DNA of 64,000 nt from Anthoceros angustus (GCA_010909165.1 VJWM01000016.1:310001-374000), one strand, 5' to 3'. Positions 49,642 to 63,140 are shown, numbered from the stretch's first letter. Program-made: numbers and translations. Notes: generated by a model not told the origin, from the sequence alone.

Positions 49642-52600
49642 ATGAAAGGGAAAACGAGTGCTGTTGTGTGCGTGGTTGCCATCTCTTGTCTTGCCGCAGG
49701 TTGTTTCTTTTCTGTCCAGGCGCGACAGACCCGTCGAAAGAGGAGGAAGCTGATCGAGGCGCTTTGTGAAAAACCCCAGCTGCATTTCAAGACGGTTCTT
49801 GCGGATAATTCTCCAGCCCCGTTCGTTCATTTGGGGAACCAGGACAAGCGTATGTCGCATGGATGTTACTGTGAGTGGCCTCATGTTAGCAACATTTGGT
49901 TTAGTGACGCTGATCCAGAGATTATCTCGCCGCAGTGCACCCCTACTTGGAAAGCATCCGCTCACTGTTGGACAATCCGCCACAAAGATTGAGTCAGTCC
50001 AAGTTTTCAGAGGAGCCCCCTGGTTTAGATGGGCCATGTGAGTGGATTGATACCAGATCTCAGCTGGAAAGCCTGGCATCTATCCTTAATGGGGAGCATG
50101 AATTTGCGGTTGACACTGAGCAGCACAGTATGCATTCGTTCTTGGGGTTCACTGCTCTCATCCAAGTACGCTCCTCACTCTCCGGTTTGCAATCCTCGAT
50201 CGACAGCATTGCTGAGGATGTTTTTTTTAGGCGAAAAGTTGTTGAGGATGTATTGAGGATGAGCTTTTTGCAGATATCAACCTTTGAAAAAGATTATTTA
50301 GTGGACGCTGTGGCCCTTCATGACGACATGGACGTGCTTCGGCCAGCGTTTGCCAATTCCAAAATCTGCAAGGCGAGTGACTCATTAATGTACCTGCAAG
50401 GCAGCAGAGGGTCTTTCCTGAAGCACAACCATCTGAGAATCTTGCTTGCACCCCTCAGGTCTTTCATGGAGCAGACAGTGACAATCTGTGGTTGCAGCGC
50501 GACTTTCACATCTACATTGTTAACCTTTTTGACACTGCCCGTGTAAGTGTGCTGATCGTAAAAGTCATGTTTATTGCAGGTTGCATGATTTCACTGGAAT
50601 CCAGTATCATAGACATTTTGGCTTACACTAGAGATATCATCTTTGTTTATGCAGGCCTGTGATGTACTGGGTAAACCTCAGAGGTCTTTGGCTTTTTTGC
50701 TGCGCGAGTATTGTGGTGTCACCACCAACAAAGCACTTCAGGTATCTTGAATAACAGCCCAAGTTACCATTTGAGCAGTTGTGTGTCTACTGACAGCTTG
50801 GTTTCTGTCACCTCACATCCTGGATCTGAAATGTTGCTCGGCAGAGGGCTGATTGGCGACAGCGTCCTCTATCTGCAGAGATGTTACACTATGCACGATC
50901 TGACGCTCATTTTCTGTTATATATTGCACGTCGGCTGCAGGATGAACTTTGTCGAGGTTGTCTATTCTTGTATTTTTCCATAATCTTCTCACCAGAGAAG
51001 AACTTATAGCTTACCCAAAAGCAACATCCTGACCTGCACGCCATTTGCAATGACTGCAGGCACCTCAAGCAATCAGGAGGCACCTGTGGGTGAAGAGTCT
51101 CCCTTCCTGCAAGTGCTGTTGAGATCCAACACTCTTTGTTTGCAACTTTACGATAAGGACGGAGCATGTTCTTCTCCATTAAGTGCTGCTCTCTCATTGT
51201 GGTCACGCTGCGCAAACTCCAGTCCAGCTATGACAATGGAGGTCTGATCTTTCAGGCGGCATATAGCCTTAAGGTTTTTCCAGCTCTTCTGTCCGATACT
51301 TGCCCCACCTTATGTCACAACAAGTGTATTGTACATTGCGATGCAGGAGAGCAATTTAATTCATAAACGCGTGAAAACTTTGTGCGAGTGGCGGGATAAG
51401 TTGGTGAGGTGGACCAAATCCCCTTTGTCTTTCCTATCAATTGAAATGTCTTGACCAGGGCACAAACGAAGGACCAATGTCTGTTCCTGATTTTTACAGG
51501 CACGCTTGGAGGATGAGAGCTTGCACACTGTGCTTTCTAACTCAGCTATACTTGCCCTGGCTAAACACTGCCCTATTAGCAGTGATGTGATCTTCTCTGT
51601 AATACACACAGCAGATACGCATTCAGGGCCTAGTTTGTTGTGTTCCGACACATCACCATCACTTGTTGTCAGGAAGCACATTGGGGCTCTCTCTGATCTC
51701 ATGAAGGGAACAGCTGGAGGGTTATCACAGACTCTTGTGGGGGAAGGCTCTAATAGGTGGTGGATAACGAGCATGCTGCAGTCAAGATGTACGGAGCCTG
51801 AACAGGATAATGCTAGGACCTTGGAGCAGACTCAGGCTGCAAGAACTGCCGAGTCGATAAGTGAAAATGTTGGGAACCTTGCAGATGGGAAGAAGGTGAA
51901 CCGCCATTGGCAGAATAATCAACGCCGGCAGAAGTCACGTGCCCTATTTGTAGAGAAGTTCGCCTGTAAGGGCCCAGTCTACCACAACTGTAGGATATTT
52001 ACTGGCGATGGTCAGCTACTCTGTTATTGTGATCGAAAGAAGCTGGAATGGTACAACTTTTCTCAATGTTAGCTCTCAGTAGGTTACTTACGGGTGATTG
52101 TATGTGTCATTTGCAGTAGCTGATATGGCCTTGAAGTTGTGACGTGGACTTTTCACCTGAATCTGCTATCCATGTGACAGGTATGTGAGCAGAGGTTTGG
52201 CTGAGTTTGTGGGAGAAGATCCACCTACCATCAGGCTTTTGTTTGAACCCAAAGGGCGTTCAGATGATACAAACAATGAGTTCTACATCCAGAGCAAAAG
52301 GAATAGGTGTGTACGGTGTGGTGAGCATAGGCACTACTTACGGTACCGTGTTGTTCCCTCTTGCTATCGGCAGCATTGTCCTGAGCACTTAAAGAGCCAT
52401 AGGTCCCATGACATAGTGCTCCTGTGTGTGGACTGCCATGAGGTTGCCCATCGCACCGCTGAGTTGCTCAAGCGTGAAGTTGCAGAAGAGTTTGGAGTTC
52501 CTCTATTTTTAGGGAGGAATACTGTCCCAGCTAATCATTGTGCAAATGGGGAGACCAGCTTTGTTGTCGAGAACACCACAAGACGTATATCCCCTATGCA

Positions 52601-53323
52601 TTTGAGAACTGCCGCCCTTGCCCTCCTACGGCATGGAGACACTCTCCCAAAGAAGCGGCTGGAAGAGTTAGAGGAGGTAATGTGAGGTGAATGTCCTCAT
52701 CGTTTTTGCACATGCAGTTGTACGACACTCATTGTGTACTAATTGAGGTTGTAAATTTAGGTTGTGAGGACCTTCTATGGTGGAAGGCATTTCAGTGACG
52801 AAGAGTTTCAGGCAGCTTTGCTTGAGTGTTCGGGTCCACGGGAGCAAAGGCGCTCTTCAAGGCGGAAAGGTTCCAAGATGGTGACTTCTTGTCCAGAGGC
52901 CATGACCTCCAATGCTAGTCCACCCGAGGGCCCTCAGAGCTATGGAAGCTGTCAAACAGAGTTGCAAAGCGAAGCCGTGCTTGGGCATGGTCCACATGGA
53001 AAGAAAGTTGTGGAAATTCTTTTGAGCCAAGGCGGGGACGATGCCATTCGTGCTTTCAATCAAAGATGGAGAAGAGTTTTTGTTGAAGCGCTGGAGCCTG
53101 CTTTCCTTCCTCCAACATGGGATATCCACCCCAGGTACTCACTCTCTAGTACCTTGACGCCATTTCGCGAAGATAACTAACCAGGATGCACTGTTTTCTT
53201 TTCTTTTCTCTTTCTGGCGGATTCACCCGCTGCCTGTTTGGATCCCCGCTTGGCAGTGGTCTTCGGGAGTGTGGAGATCATAGCGTGTACAAAACAAGGG
53301 ATCAGGATGGGGAAAAAAAGTAG
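49642..53323 (+). CDS. RRP6L3: RRP6-like 3 exoribonuclease (DEDD 3'-5' exonuclease, HRDC, C-terminal Cys/His domain), multi-exon
   Basis: N-terminal hydrophobic anchor, [37 protein letters not shown] exon ([17 protein letters not shown]), [27 protein letters not shown] and [15 protein letters not shown]. Last exon 53257-53323. Confidence 0.92.
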
Positions 53324-53795
53324 TACACGGTGTTCTCATGGCAAGTTTCTGGACTGGTCGACGAGATGGGATTCCCTTCTCGAAACTAGGTCTCTGGTCT
53401 AATTCGTGTATGCAATTTCGCGCCCTATTGTATTTGCAGTACTGCATGGAGAGTGCTGTACACATGGACATTTTTAAATTAAAACAATGTCTTCCAACAC
53501 GAGAAGCTTTTAGGTGTATTTCACGAACGAGAGTTCCATGTACGTACATACGTAGTTCTGTCGCCCCCCATGCCGTATAGGTACATGTATGTGGCGTACC
53601 ATGACTAGGACAACCGTCGGGCGGTGACAAGGGTACAAACGCAGGTACACAATCGTATCCTCGGCGGTCCCGGCTGCTTTGGCCGCATGGTGCAAGCTTT
53701 GAACCGTAGACGTATCGGCTTGAGTCCTTAGAGATGCTGGCTTGAACGTAGGCTTTGAGTAAACACCCTTTCCCGCAAGGCCGGCACGCACACGG

Positions 53796-54050
53796 TTGAA
53801 GACAACAACACACACACCAGACACCAGTACCAAGCTACTTGGCACACACATAATAAGGCATACAGTTTTTAAAGACAACGCACAACGTCCACTAGTACTA
53901 AGCTACTTGATACATAGAAGACAACAACATACACACCAAAGACCTACATTAGGCTACTTGGAGTATGCACACACACACACACACGATTAAAGACAAGAAC
54001 ACACATACGAAACACTAGCACTCAAGTTTCTTTGCACACACACTGACATT
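53796..54050. repeat. CA-rich degenerate tandem repeat sharing AAGCTACTTG with 42341-42400
   Basis: AAGACAACAAC...AAGCTACTTG repeated; (CA)n at about 53968-53983. Confidence 0.6.
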
Positions 54051-54931
54051 AACACTAGGCCTCCAAATAACTTACCGTCCGTATGGACGACTCACAGATT
54101 GCACCTCTGCTGCTACTCTTTAGAAGGGATAAAATAAGAGTATGAGTAACATCGGAGAGTGCTGACCACCTACAAATGAAGCTCCGGCACTTAGCTCTCT
54201 CCACTCTACTCCCACAGCCTCTAGGCTCCTCAATCCTTCCTAACAAGAGTGTTGCAAAAGTAATAGGAAATGAATCTCTAAAGCAATTTCACAAAAAAAA
54301 ATAAAAATTCAAGACTAACCTCATTCCTCATGTAAGGAGGCATATGTTATCCCTAAGTAATTGCCTTTTTTTAGCTGTAATCAGACTAGCTTTTTTAACC
54401 TTTTAATCTCTAAGCAAAGCCTCTCTAGCACAACTTACTAGCTCCAATTTTAATCACCTTATTTCATGCAAGGCCCTTGTTTTGGCAGCCCTTTAGATTA
54501 GGCAAGTGTGGTTGTTTAGATTGAAATTGATATAAAAACTATTTTAAAATAAATAAGGTTTAGATATGTGAAATATCAGAATTTATCGTGTAACTACAAT
54601 GGAAAAAAAAATTAATTAAGAGATTACTCTATGTCATAAAAATTATAAAATATGTAAAATAAGATACGTTAATTAGGAACTATTATCAGCATAAGATGAG
54701 ATAGCCACCATCACCTAGCGCTGATGCACGGGCGTGATCCCGTCCCGGTCACGAGTGTAGTTTGTGACTAGTTCATGACCTAGCGAGTAGATGAGCATAT
54801 GGATTAACGGCTTGTTAGGATAACTCAACTCTAAATTCCACACATTTAAAAGGATCCCAATCCGCATGCTTATTTTCGTAAAGTAAATCTCTCATATGTG
54901 CTCCGGGTTTGTGAAGGAAGTTCAATCTCTT

Positions 54932-54965
54932 GTGGTCTTTGAAACTAGCTAGTTTCAAAGACCAC
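54932..54965. repeat. Perfect 34-bp palindrome
   Basis: GTGGTCTTTGAAACTAG|CTAGTTTCAAAGACCAC. Confidence 0.98.
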
Positions 54966-55704
54966 GATTGGCACGGGTTCACCATCAAAATCACATCCTA
55001 GATCAATTACAAGACCTGGAACCGTAGAGCAATTAAAAGACCTAGAAACTCACTTTCTCCTCGGATAGTTACCGCTGCAAGATCAACCGGAAGGGAGGAG
55101 TTGAGTGTATGGGAAAGCCATACATTGGCGTAGCTGTCTGACATTGGCTCAAGTGGTAAAAGCTAGTTGCATGGGTTACTCGCCCTGATCATGCGACCTT
55201 GAGGAGATTGTTGAAGATCGCCCTCAAGCATGCTTTGTTTGATCAAACCTTGGAGGTTTGAAAGGGGGCGCTCTTTTTTATTTAACACTACTTGACTTCA
55301 AATATCATTGTGATGGATGATGAGGACTCAATCCTAATGACTATGAGACTGGATCCATATATGATGGCATTTGAAGAGAAGAAAGACGATAGTGCAAATT
55401 TCAAGAAGAGACTTCATCTAATGAAGGAGTAGTGCCCAACGGAGATGATAGGGAGAAAATTTTGTTTTCAGCCACCAAGAAAATTTTAAAAGGGTTGTCG
55501 CACTTGAGGTAAATGGAAATGAAAATTCAAAAGAAGAAGCTCCACATTATTCAACTAGTGAGGTCATTATTCAAAGCCTCTTAAGCACTCCGTTGAGGAA
55601 GACATTGCCAAGTTACAATCGGCTTTTGAAGGATATATTAGAGGTATGTTATATCTTTTCTTCATCCTTATATTATTTGCATTTTCAAATGTAGTTAACG
55701 ACAA

Positions 55705-57264
55705 AACAGCGTCTGTGTCGAAAGGGGTTTCTCCTGAAACCTCTTTTAGCACACGGATGTCGCTGGACCCCTTTTTGCACTTGAAAAAATCTGCACTATA
55801 ATCAGCCTTTTTGGTATTTTTCTGCAGACATGTCATCCGCAACCTTTTGAATAATTGTTTTGATACACATTATTTGAGATTGTAGATTGCAAGTATGTGG
55901 CAAAAACCTAAAGTCTCATTCTCGTTCGGCCTTTTCTTTCAAACTGGACATAGAATTCGTGCGCAAACTTGTGCGCGCACTTACATCTAAAAAGTCTCCA
56001 ACACCTAGCAATCATTGCCAGGTGTTGGACGTATACAAACGTTAGAGTTTTTAGGGCTTGCTGTAAATCTGGTTTGCGCACCAACCTTTCATTCATACCA
56101 GTCAATCCTAAGACTATACTCTCGTTCTGGAAATTTTACAGGACTTTGCTTTTTAGATATTGGGACAATAATATCTTTGTTGACGTGATGCTCTTGATCC
56201 GCGTGCAGTGCGAGAATGAGAGTGACATGGTCTGCACTTGGAGCTGGGCCCATGCCAAACGTCTCAAGATTCAAAAGATGCAAAAGGTTCTTATTTCTAG
56301 TTCAAAGTTTTAACCACTAGAAAAAAAAATGAGGGCTAAGTAAAGATAAAAACATATCCACATTAGAGAGGTGCACAAAAAAGGTTGAAAACGTCGAAAG
56401 GAACCCTTTAAAACCACAAAAATACCAAAAAATTCAAAAAAAATCAAAATTTTAGGGCAAGTGTACGCACAAGTGTGCGCACTTGCCTAAAAAAATTGGA
56501 CTTTTTTGGGATTTTTTGAACCATGTTCCTAGGGTTTGTGTCCCCATATGGGTTCATGCTCCTAGGCCCTTCTTGACCTTGGGTGCGCGCACTTGTGTGC
56601 GCACCTGGGCCCCCTTGCCCCTTGGTGCACGCACTTGTTCACCCAACTAGGCCCCCCTGGCATGTTTGATGATAACCCGGTACTAGGTCACCGCCGGAAG
56701 AGACGGAAACACCGTAAATGATAAAAAGGGGATAGGGTGTTCTTCGTCGCATTAGGGCATAGGATAGATATATGAAAGCGGTCTAAGTGGACCTCCGCCG
56801 ATGTCTGCTACTTGTTGTTTTGTCGAGAGTTCCGGCACATCCTCAGACCTCCAAAAGGACACGTTTCCCCATTAGAAGGTCATTTTTCGCGTTCTTTTTG
56901 CATAGTGCGCGCACAAGTTTGCGCATAGCGTTGTACCAGGCGCGCACTTGTGCGCGCTTAAGCCTCCCTAGAATACAAAAACATAGAGAACCACACAAAA
57001 TGCAGAAACTACGGACATGACGAAATTCTGGAACAATGAGGTCACTGACCCTTCATCACGCCGACTAAATCACCATGAATCTGATTAGAAGGCGCCAGCT
57101 CGATGTAAATGACTTGATAGGAAGTGGCGCCGGAGCTAAAAATGCCAGAAACCGATGGATGAACACCTACAAAAAACAACAAAAACCAAACCAACTTTAG
57201 TTTTCGGCGAAATAGGGTTCGGATTTTTACCAAAACCCCTTTTGATAGGAGAAACCCCTTTCTA
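55705..57264 (-). mobile_element. Helentron/HINE-like non-autonomous element, copy 2 (inverted)
   Basis: Reverse complement is colinear with 24184-25937. It has its own 16-bp inverted pair GAAAGGGGTTTCTCCT (55720-55735) / AGGAGAAACCCCTTTC (57247-57262) and terminal hairpin ACAG-CGT-CTGT (55706-55716). Confidence 0.7.
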
Positions 57265-58000
57265 CATATGTCCTCTTGCCACGAGGACACCAACTCGAGG
57301 TTTCAGCACAAGAGTTACCCTTGAGGCATTTATGCTCACGGTATGGCCGAGACGCCAACATACACGGGCCCCAACCACCCTGTTTTTGTAGACTTGGTGT
57401 GCAAAATCTTAAAAAAACAATACCCCAAGAACTGAAAAAAGTGCTAAATAGAGTTTTTCGTGCATGTGTTTTTAGTAATACAGGTGCAACCGATTTCTTA
57501 TAGGGCTTTTAAACAATGCTCCTTCCTAGTAGGCATTGTTTTCATATGGGACTAAAGGATATGGTTGGAGGGCAATCCATGATTCAAAATTTCTATGGAA
57601 ACGCTCAACAAGATGTCCCCCGGCTTCCTGCACACCAATACAGTCCACATAAGAACTTAGGGCACTATTGAATGTTTTCCGCCCCGTGGGATGGCCTTAG
57701 AAATAAAAGAAGATAAAAATATATATGCAAGACAAGATCGGTAGACCACAGGATGAATGCATGAAAGTGTTTTATGAAAAATGTGTAATTATGTATGAGT
57801 TTTATAAAATATATACATTAATATCATATACTTAATATAAAACTCATTTACTCCAAGGATCGGTAAGAGGAGAAGAGCTAGGAGGAGTGGCGGAATAGGC
57901 GAATTGCCCAAAGAACCTAGTCTACATGAATATGTGTCCAAATGGACACACATACCTTAAGAACGTCGTAGTTAAGTGCTCTACACTGAAAGGGGGATCC

Positions 58001-58232
58001 AGATGGGGTAGCTAGAGAGGAATGCCTATGGTACTAATACCCTAGTTTACTCCATGGCCGGATAGGGTACCTACAGAGGAATGCCTCTAGTGCTTGTAGT
58101 CTAATTTACCCCATGGCCAGATAGGGTACCTAGAGTGGAATGCCTCTAGTGCTAGTAGCCTAGTTTACTCCATGACCAGATGGGGTACCTAGAGAGGAAT
58201 GTCTCTGGGCTAGTAGCCTAGTTTACTCCATA
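58001..58232. repeat. 59-bp tandem repeat x4
   Basis: (A/G)GAT(G/A)GGGTA starts at 58001, 58060, 58119 and 58178. Confidence 0.93.
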
Positions 58233-58941
58233 AAGGAGCAAGTTGTTCGGGAAACTGAGTCCCATGTGGACATGTCCGTGTCCCGAGTGGACCTCAAATA
58301 GTTTTTTTGTTTATTTTAACCAAATGAACACACATTTATAACAACTCATGTGCCTACATGGGCACTTAGATGGGATGTCTAGAGGGAGTGGATGTCCTTA
58401 TACAACTTAAGTCCCATGGCAGGAACATTCCGTCCAAGTGGACTGTGGACTATAATAGACTGTTGCTTTTTCTACACCAAGTTGCTACATATATTTATTG
58501 CAGCAGGTACAAGTTATTAGGTGATGAATCGTAAGCCACTGAAACGAATGGTCCGAGTGACGAAAGAACCCGGTGCGTTAAACACTAAACGGGCGTGGCA
58601 TGCGAGACAGTGGGAGGGTGGAGAAACTTGATTTTACCGAAGTCAAGAAGAACGTATGTACGTGGCTTTCATGTTTAGGGTGACCCGGTTGCTTGGCCTG
58701 GGTACATTTGGAGGGTCGGTGTGCAGACCGGCCCCCTGAGAGGGCTCTGCCTGCGATCAGGGTCGGCCGTGGATCAGGTGGTGTCACGCACCGTGGGCGA
58801 GCAGGCTTGTGCCGGATCGGTTGGAGCAAGGCCTTGAGCAGGTTGCGGGACATGTAGCGAGCAACCGCTAGAGCGGACGCTGGTGAGAGGTGTAGGAGCT
58901 TGGGACGGTCGGAGCCTCCACTGCCGACACAATCTGAGGAC

Positions 58942-60669
58942 ATGTACAAAGATCGGAGCTCAGCGCAGGTAACCGATGGCAGAGCCGGCACTGGCAAGGG
59001 CGAATCTTCTCTCTACCGAGATAGTGCGGACTCTAAGAAGCGCGTGGAGGATGTCATAGAGAAATCCTCACCGTCCACTTCCAAGGGGGGTAATGGACGA
59101 GAAAAAGAGCGGCCGTCAGCTCCTTCCACATCCTCCGGTCGCCGGAACACCAATTCCGAGACGCGAACTGCATTCGACAAGACCAAGTATCCAGATGATG
59201 GTGAGCCCCGCTGCCTGTGCCACGCTTCTTGTCTCTCGGCACCTGCAGAGGGATCTGTGCTCTGGATTCGCCTCTAGGCTCAGCAGTACGACTGAGGCGG
59301 TTGGGGCGTAGTTTGTTCGTCTCCTCTTTTGTTAGGGTTTTGGCTGTGGTTCGTGAAGTACTAGGATCGCGGGGGTATGAGAGGCTGTGTCGACAGTTCG
59401 TTGTATGCTCCGGGTGCTCACTGTTGTGTCGCTGTTGCTGTGCGTGTTTCATCACTAGTAGCTCGGTACCCTGCGCTTACGCTTGTGTAGTTATGTGCTG
59501 CTTTGTCTGGGCACAGCAACCTGTTGAATGTGCTGGTCGCTGGTGAAGCCACTCGGTGGTGCTGTTAACTTTTTCCTCTTCGTAACATACAGGTGAGGAC
59601 TCGGACACGGACAGTGAGGAATCCGATGTGAGTGGATCAGATGGGGACGACACTTCGTGGATTGCCTGGTTTTGTGGACTGAGGGGAAATGAGTTCTTCT
59701 GTGAGGTCGATTATGAGTATATCCAAGATGACTTCAATCTCAGTGGTCTTAGCAGTCAAGTACCTTATTATGACTACGCTTTGGACCTGATGCTGGACAT
59801 GGACTCCCCAAATGGTAAGTTTCAATTCAATGTGGCAGGGATTTTGTCTCTCTCCAGTTGGCTATGTTGAGGTTCAGGGTCATCGAGGGTTCTGAATGTG
59901 CAGTGATTCTCAGCACACTACATCAGTATCTTTTGCTTCCGCTTGTCTGATCTCTTTGGAGGTGAGGAATTTCTGTGCAGATGCGATGCTTACAGAGGAA
60001 CAGAATGAGATCGTAGAGTCGGCAGCTGAAATGCTGTATGGGTTGATTCATGTTCGCTACATCTTGACAAGCAAAGGAATGAATGCTATGGTTGGTGTTC
60101 CTCTGTCTTTGTGCATAGTCGTTGTTATGTTTGTGTGGAAGGGACCCTTGAGAGTCTGATCCTTTGTGTCTTTGCAGCTTGAGAAATGTAAGAACGTTGA
60201 CTTCGGGAGGTGTCCTAGAGTCTACTGTTCCGGGCAGCCCTGCTTGCCCATGGGGCAGTCAGATATTCCCCGAATGAGTACTGTCAAAATCTATTGCCCG
60301 AAATGTGAAGATATTTATTACCCAAGGTCAAAGTACCAAGGCAGTATCCTTGATTCAAGGCTTTTTTGCTTTTGCTTTGTTCAGTTGTTGAGTGAAGTCA
60401 AGAGGCTTGAAAATGTGTTGCTAGTCTTGTTGTTGTCCCACTAGAGAGCCTGGTTATGTTGCTTAGCTGCGGTTAGCACTCTTTACCGTCTGTGTGTTTT
60501 GATGTAGATCTTGTGCCCTTGACCTTCTCAAGATATTGATGGTGCTTTCTTTGGAACGACCTTTCCTCACCTCTTCCTGATGACGTATCCTTACATTAAA
60601 CCGGCAAAGCCGACGCAAAGCTATGTCCCCAGGATATTCGGGTTCAAACTCCATAGGAGTTCCAGGTAG
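58942..60669 (+). CDS. CKB: Casein kinase II regulatory subunit beta, 5 exons
   Basis: MYKDR N-terminal extension, [54 protein letters not shown] zinc finger and [22 protein letters not shown]. Stop at 60667-60669. Confidence 0.96.
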
Positions 60670-61557
60670 CTATTGCTGGTGGACCAATGGAAGGACCTTG
60701 CATTGCTGTTGCTGTTACTGCAACATAGTCACTAGGAGGGGACCACATGTGCTCATTGCAAACATATTGTTGGGTGGGGAGGGAGGGAGGGAGAGGGAGA
60801 GGGAGAGGAGGGAGGAAGTATTAGAGCCGGGGAAATGGGATGGTTTAATCCTCACGTCGGCCCCTTGTCAATCTGCTGCGTTTTCCGTGCAGATGATTCA
60901 TTTGTAGGATTTAGACCTGGAAGTAGACATGTAAATCGGCACCAGGCGTGCACTGGTAGCTGGTTTACTGAGTTGTTTAGAATAGCTTATCTGAGTAGAC
61001 ATGTTGCCTCTTCGTTTCTAGGACTACTCTACGTGGCTGGCAGCAGGCACGCCGGTGCTTCCGCTAGCTGTCCAATGCAGATGGAGGGTGTAGATTGTGA
61101 GGTGTACCCACCTAATATGTTATTGCAAGGGCACTGAGATAATTCCCTGTCGTTGACAGTCCTGTTTTGGCTCTCGGATCCTATCCCCGTAGCCAGGAGT
61201 GTTGTATGTAACTTCTGCGATAGGGTTACTGAGAGGAGCATAATTGTGCAAGTGTATTTGATTCAAATTTCAACAGCATGTATGTACGTATCGTCACACA
61301 CAGGAAGTAGGCCTGGCAGCCGTTGCTGTAGGCGCTGGTTGGGTCCCACCGCTCGGGTGCCATAAGAAATATACAGTGCGGTGCTTTCGGGATTCCACCA
61401 GTCCAGCTCTGTCCCACCCTTGGTGGCGACGGCCCCAACCTGAGCAGGGACAGCTAGCTTGCTGCACAATGGGGGCCCCTGGTCTTTGCAGCAGTGATTT
61501 GCGAGCTGGAGCACGGCCTGCTGCCTCTTGTAACAGTAGGGGGAGGCGGAGAGGAAG

Positions 61558-62730
61558 ATGGCCGACGCGGCGCCCCTGCCCCTGCCCAACTCCATCCTCA
61601 TCGGTCTCTCGGATCAATCGTATGACACTCGCCGGGTCGCGGCTCTCGAGGTACAGCCTTTAAGCTTTTCGCGTTCCAGATCCGTCTGGAAAAGAGTGGT
61701 CGCTCATCCCGGCTTGCCAGGTGGAGAAATTGGTGAGGGGGTTGATTGCCGTCGGAAATATTGACAGAATTGCTGCGGTGATCGCTGTCCTGACCAATGA
61801 TCTCGCACATTCGTCCAACGTGAACAGCAGGAAGGTAGGTATTCGGCCGCAATTGCCTTGTTGCTTGCCAGCTTCATGGTTCCTGCCACACGGAACTTGT
61901 CCGGTTAGCGCATCGGCGCCCTAATTTCGAATTATGAGGGTTCCGTTTTGCAGGGTGGACTCATTGGACTCGCGGCTGCTGCAATTGGTATGGAATCAGA
62001 AGCCATACAATATCTTGACGTAAACAACTGCTACTGCGTACTCCGTCTCTTTCCTTTTTGCATGTATTTTTTCCTTGATTTGACCGCAAGCCGACACCAG
62101 ACGTTGAGTTGTACCTTATGTTGGCCTGAGCAGCGCATTGCCCCACCGGTGCTCACCTTGCTCGCAGACCTAGATAGTCGGGTACGGTACTACGGGTGTG
62201 AAGCAATTTATAACATAGCCAAGGTACGTTCACTGAAGCAGCTTCTGGTCCCCATAGACCCGAGCGAGCATCCGTTTCACCACATCCCAACGCAATTTCC
62301 TCGCAGGTGTGCCAAGGAGACTTCCTCATCTATACCAAAGACATCTTCGATGCTCTCTCGAGGCTCTCTGCCGACCCTGACCAATGTGTTCGAAACGCTG
62401 CGCAGTTGGTGGACGCCTTCGTGCAGGTGTGCTAGTCAGTCTTTGTGCTGTGGAATAGATGCACACCGTATTCAGATGTGAGACAAGCGGCGGAGGTGAC
62501 ACCAAGTGTTGTGGGCTTGTGTGCAGGCCATCGTCAGTACTACTAACCGCCTTGTTTTAGCTCATACTGGATGAACGCGTAGCACAGCAATATTGTGAGC
62601 CGCAACGGAGACCACCCTGGTTTCTTTCGTATTCAATTCTCACGAGCGTTGCGTCCACTGGATCTGGAAGACTGTCTAAGTGCTTGAATGCTAGTCCCGG
62701 CGTCGTTCTAAGATGTTGCCTCTATAACTA
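61558..62730 (+). CDS. VAC14: VAC14-like protein, N-terminal HEAT repeats only; diverged and apparently truncated (possible pseudogene)
   Basis: Exons 61558-61650, 61721-61834, 61954-62019, 62134-62223 and 62307-62426 give LSDQSYDTRRVAALE, NSRKGGLIGLAA, DSRVRYYGCEAIYNIAK and FDALSRLSADPD. The next exon (62527 onward) is frameshifted and degenerate. Confidence 0.75.
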
Positions 62731-62883
62731 AGGTGTTGCCTGTTGTCCATGAAACAAGCACAGTTTATGTGTCTTGGTCCTCGCTTTCGAAATACCGAGA
62801 TGGAAAGATATCGAGGTATGAGCCCATGCTTTCAAGGGCTTTGCGGACACCAGAGCAGGTAGGCAGGTAGGCATTGAGTAGGC

Positions 62884-63140
62884 TTCCAAGGGCTACAAAG
62901 GGGGTCTAAGGAGGTAGAGGCATACTTAAAAGAAGAGTCCTAAACCACACTTTTAAGGGCTACAAAGGGTGTCTAAGGAGGTAGAGGCCCATTAAAAGAA
63001 GAGTCTTAAGCTACGTCTATGGGGCACAAAGGGAGGGTAAGGAGGTAGAGGCCCTCTGAAAAGAAGTGTAGTCTGGTGCCACCAAACTACACTTCCAAGG
63101 GCTAAGTCAAGGAAGTAGGGGGCCACTGAAAAGGAAAGTT
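62884..63140. repeat. About 67-bp degenerate tandem repeat x3-4
   Basis: AAGGGCTACAAAGGG.GTCTAAGGAGGTAGAGG at 62888 and 62955, with degenerate copies after. Confidence 0.8.

Noticed and set aside
53223-53878. 196-aa and 122-aa minus-strand ORFs opposite the RRP6L3 3' end
   Set aside because: They overlap UTR and CA-rich repeat DNA with no recognisable domain; no support without expression data.
58900-58941. Upstream start for CK2-beta given by the ORF track
   Set aside because: Plant CKB proteins typically start MY(K/R)(D/E)R, so the ATG at 58942 is preferred.
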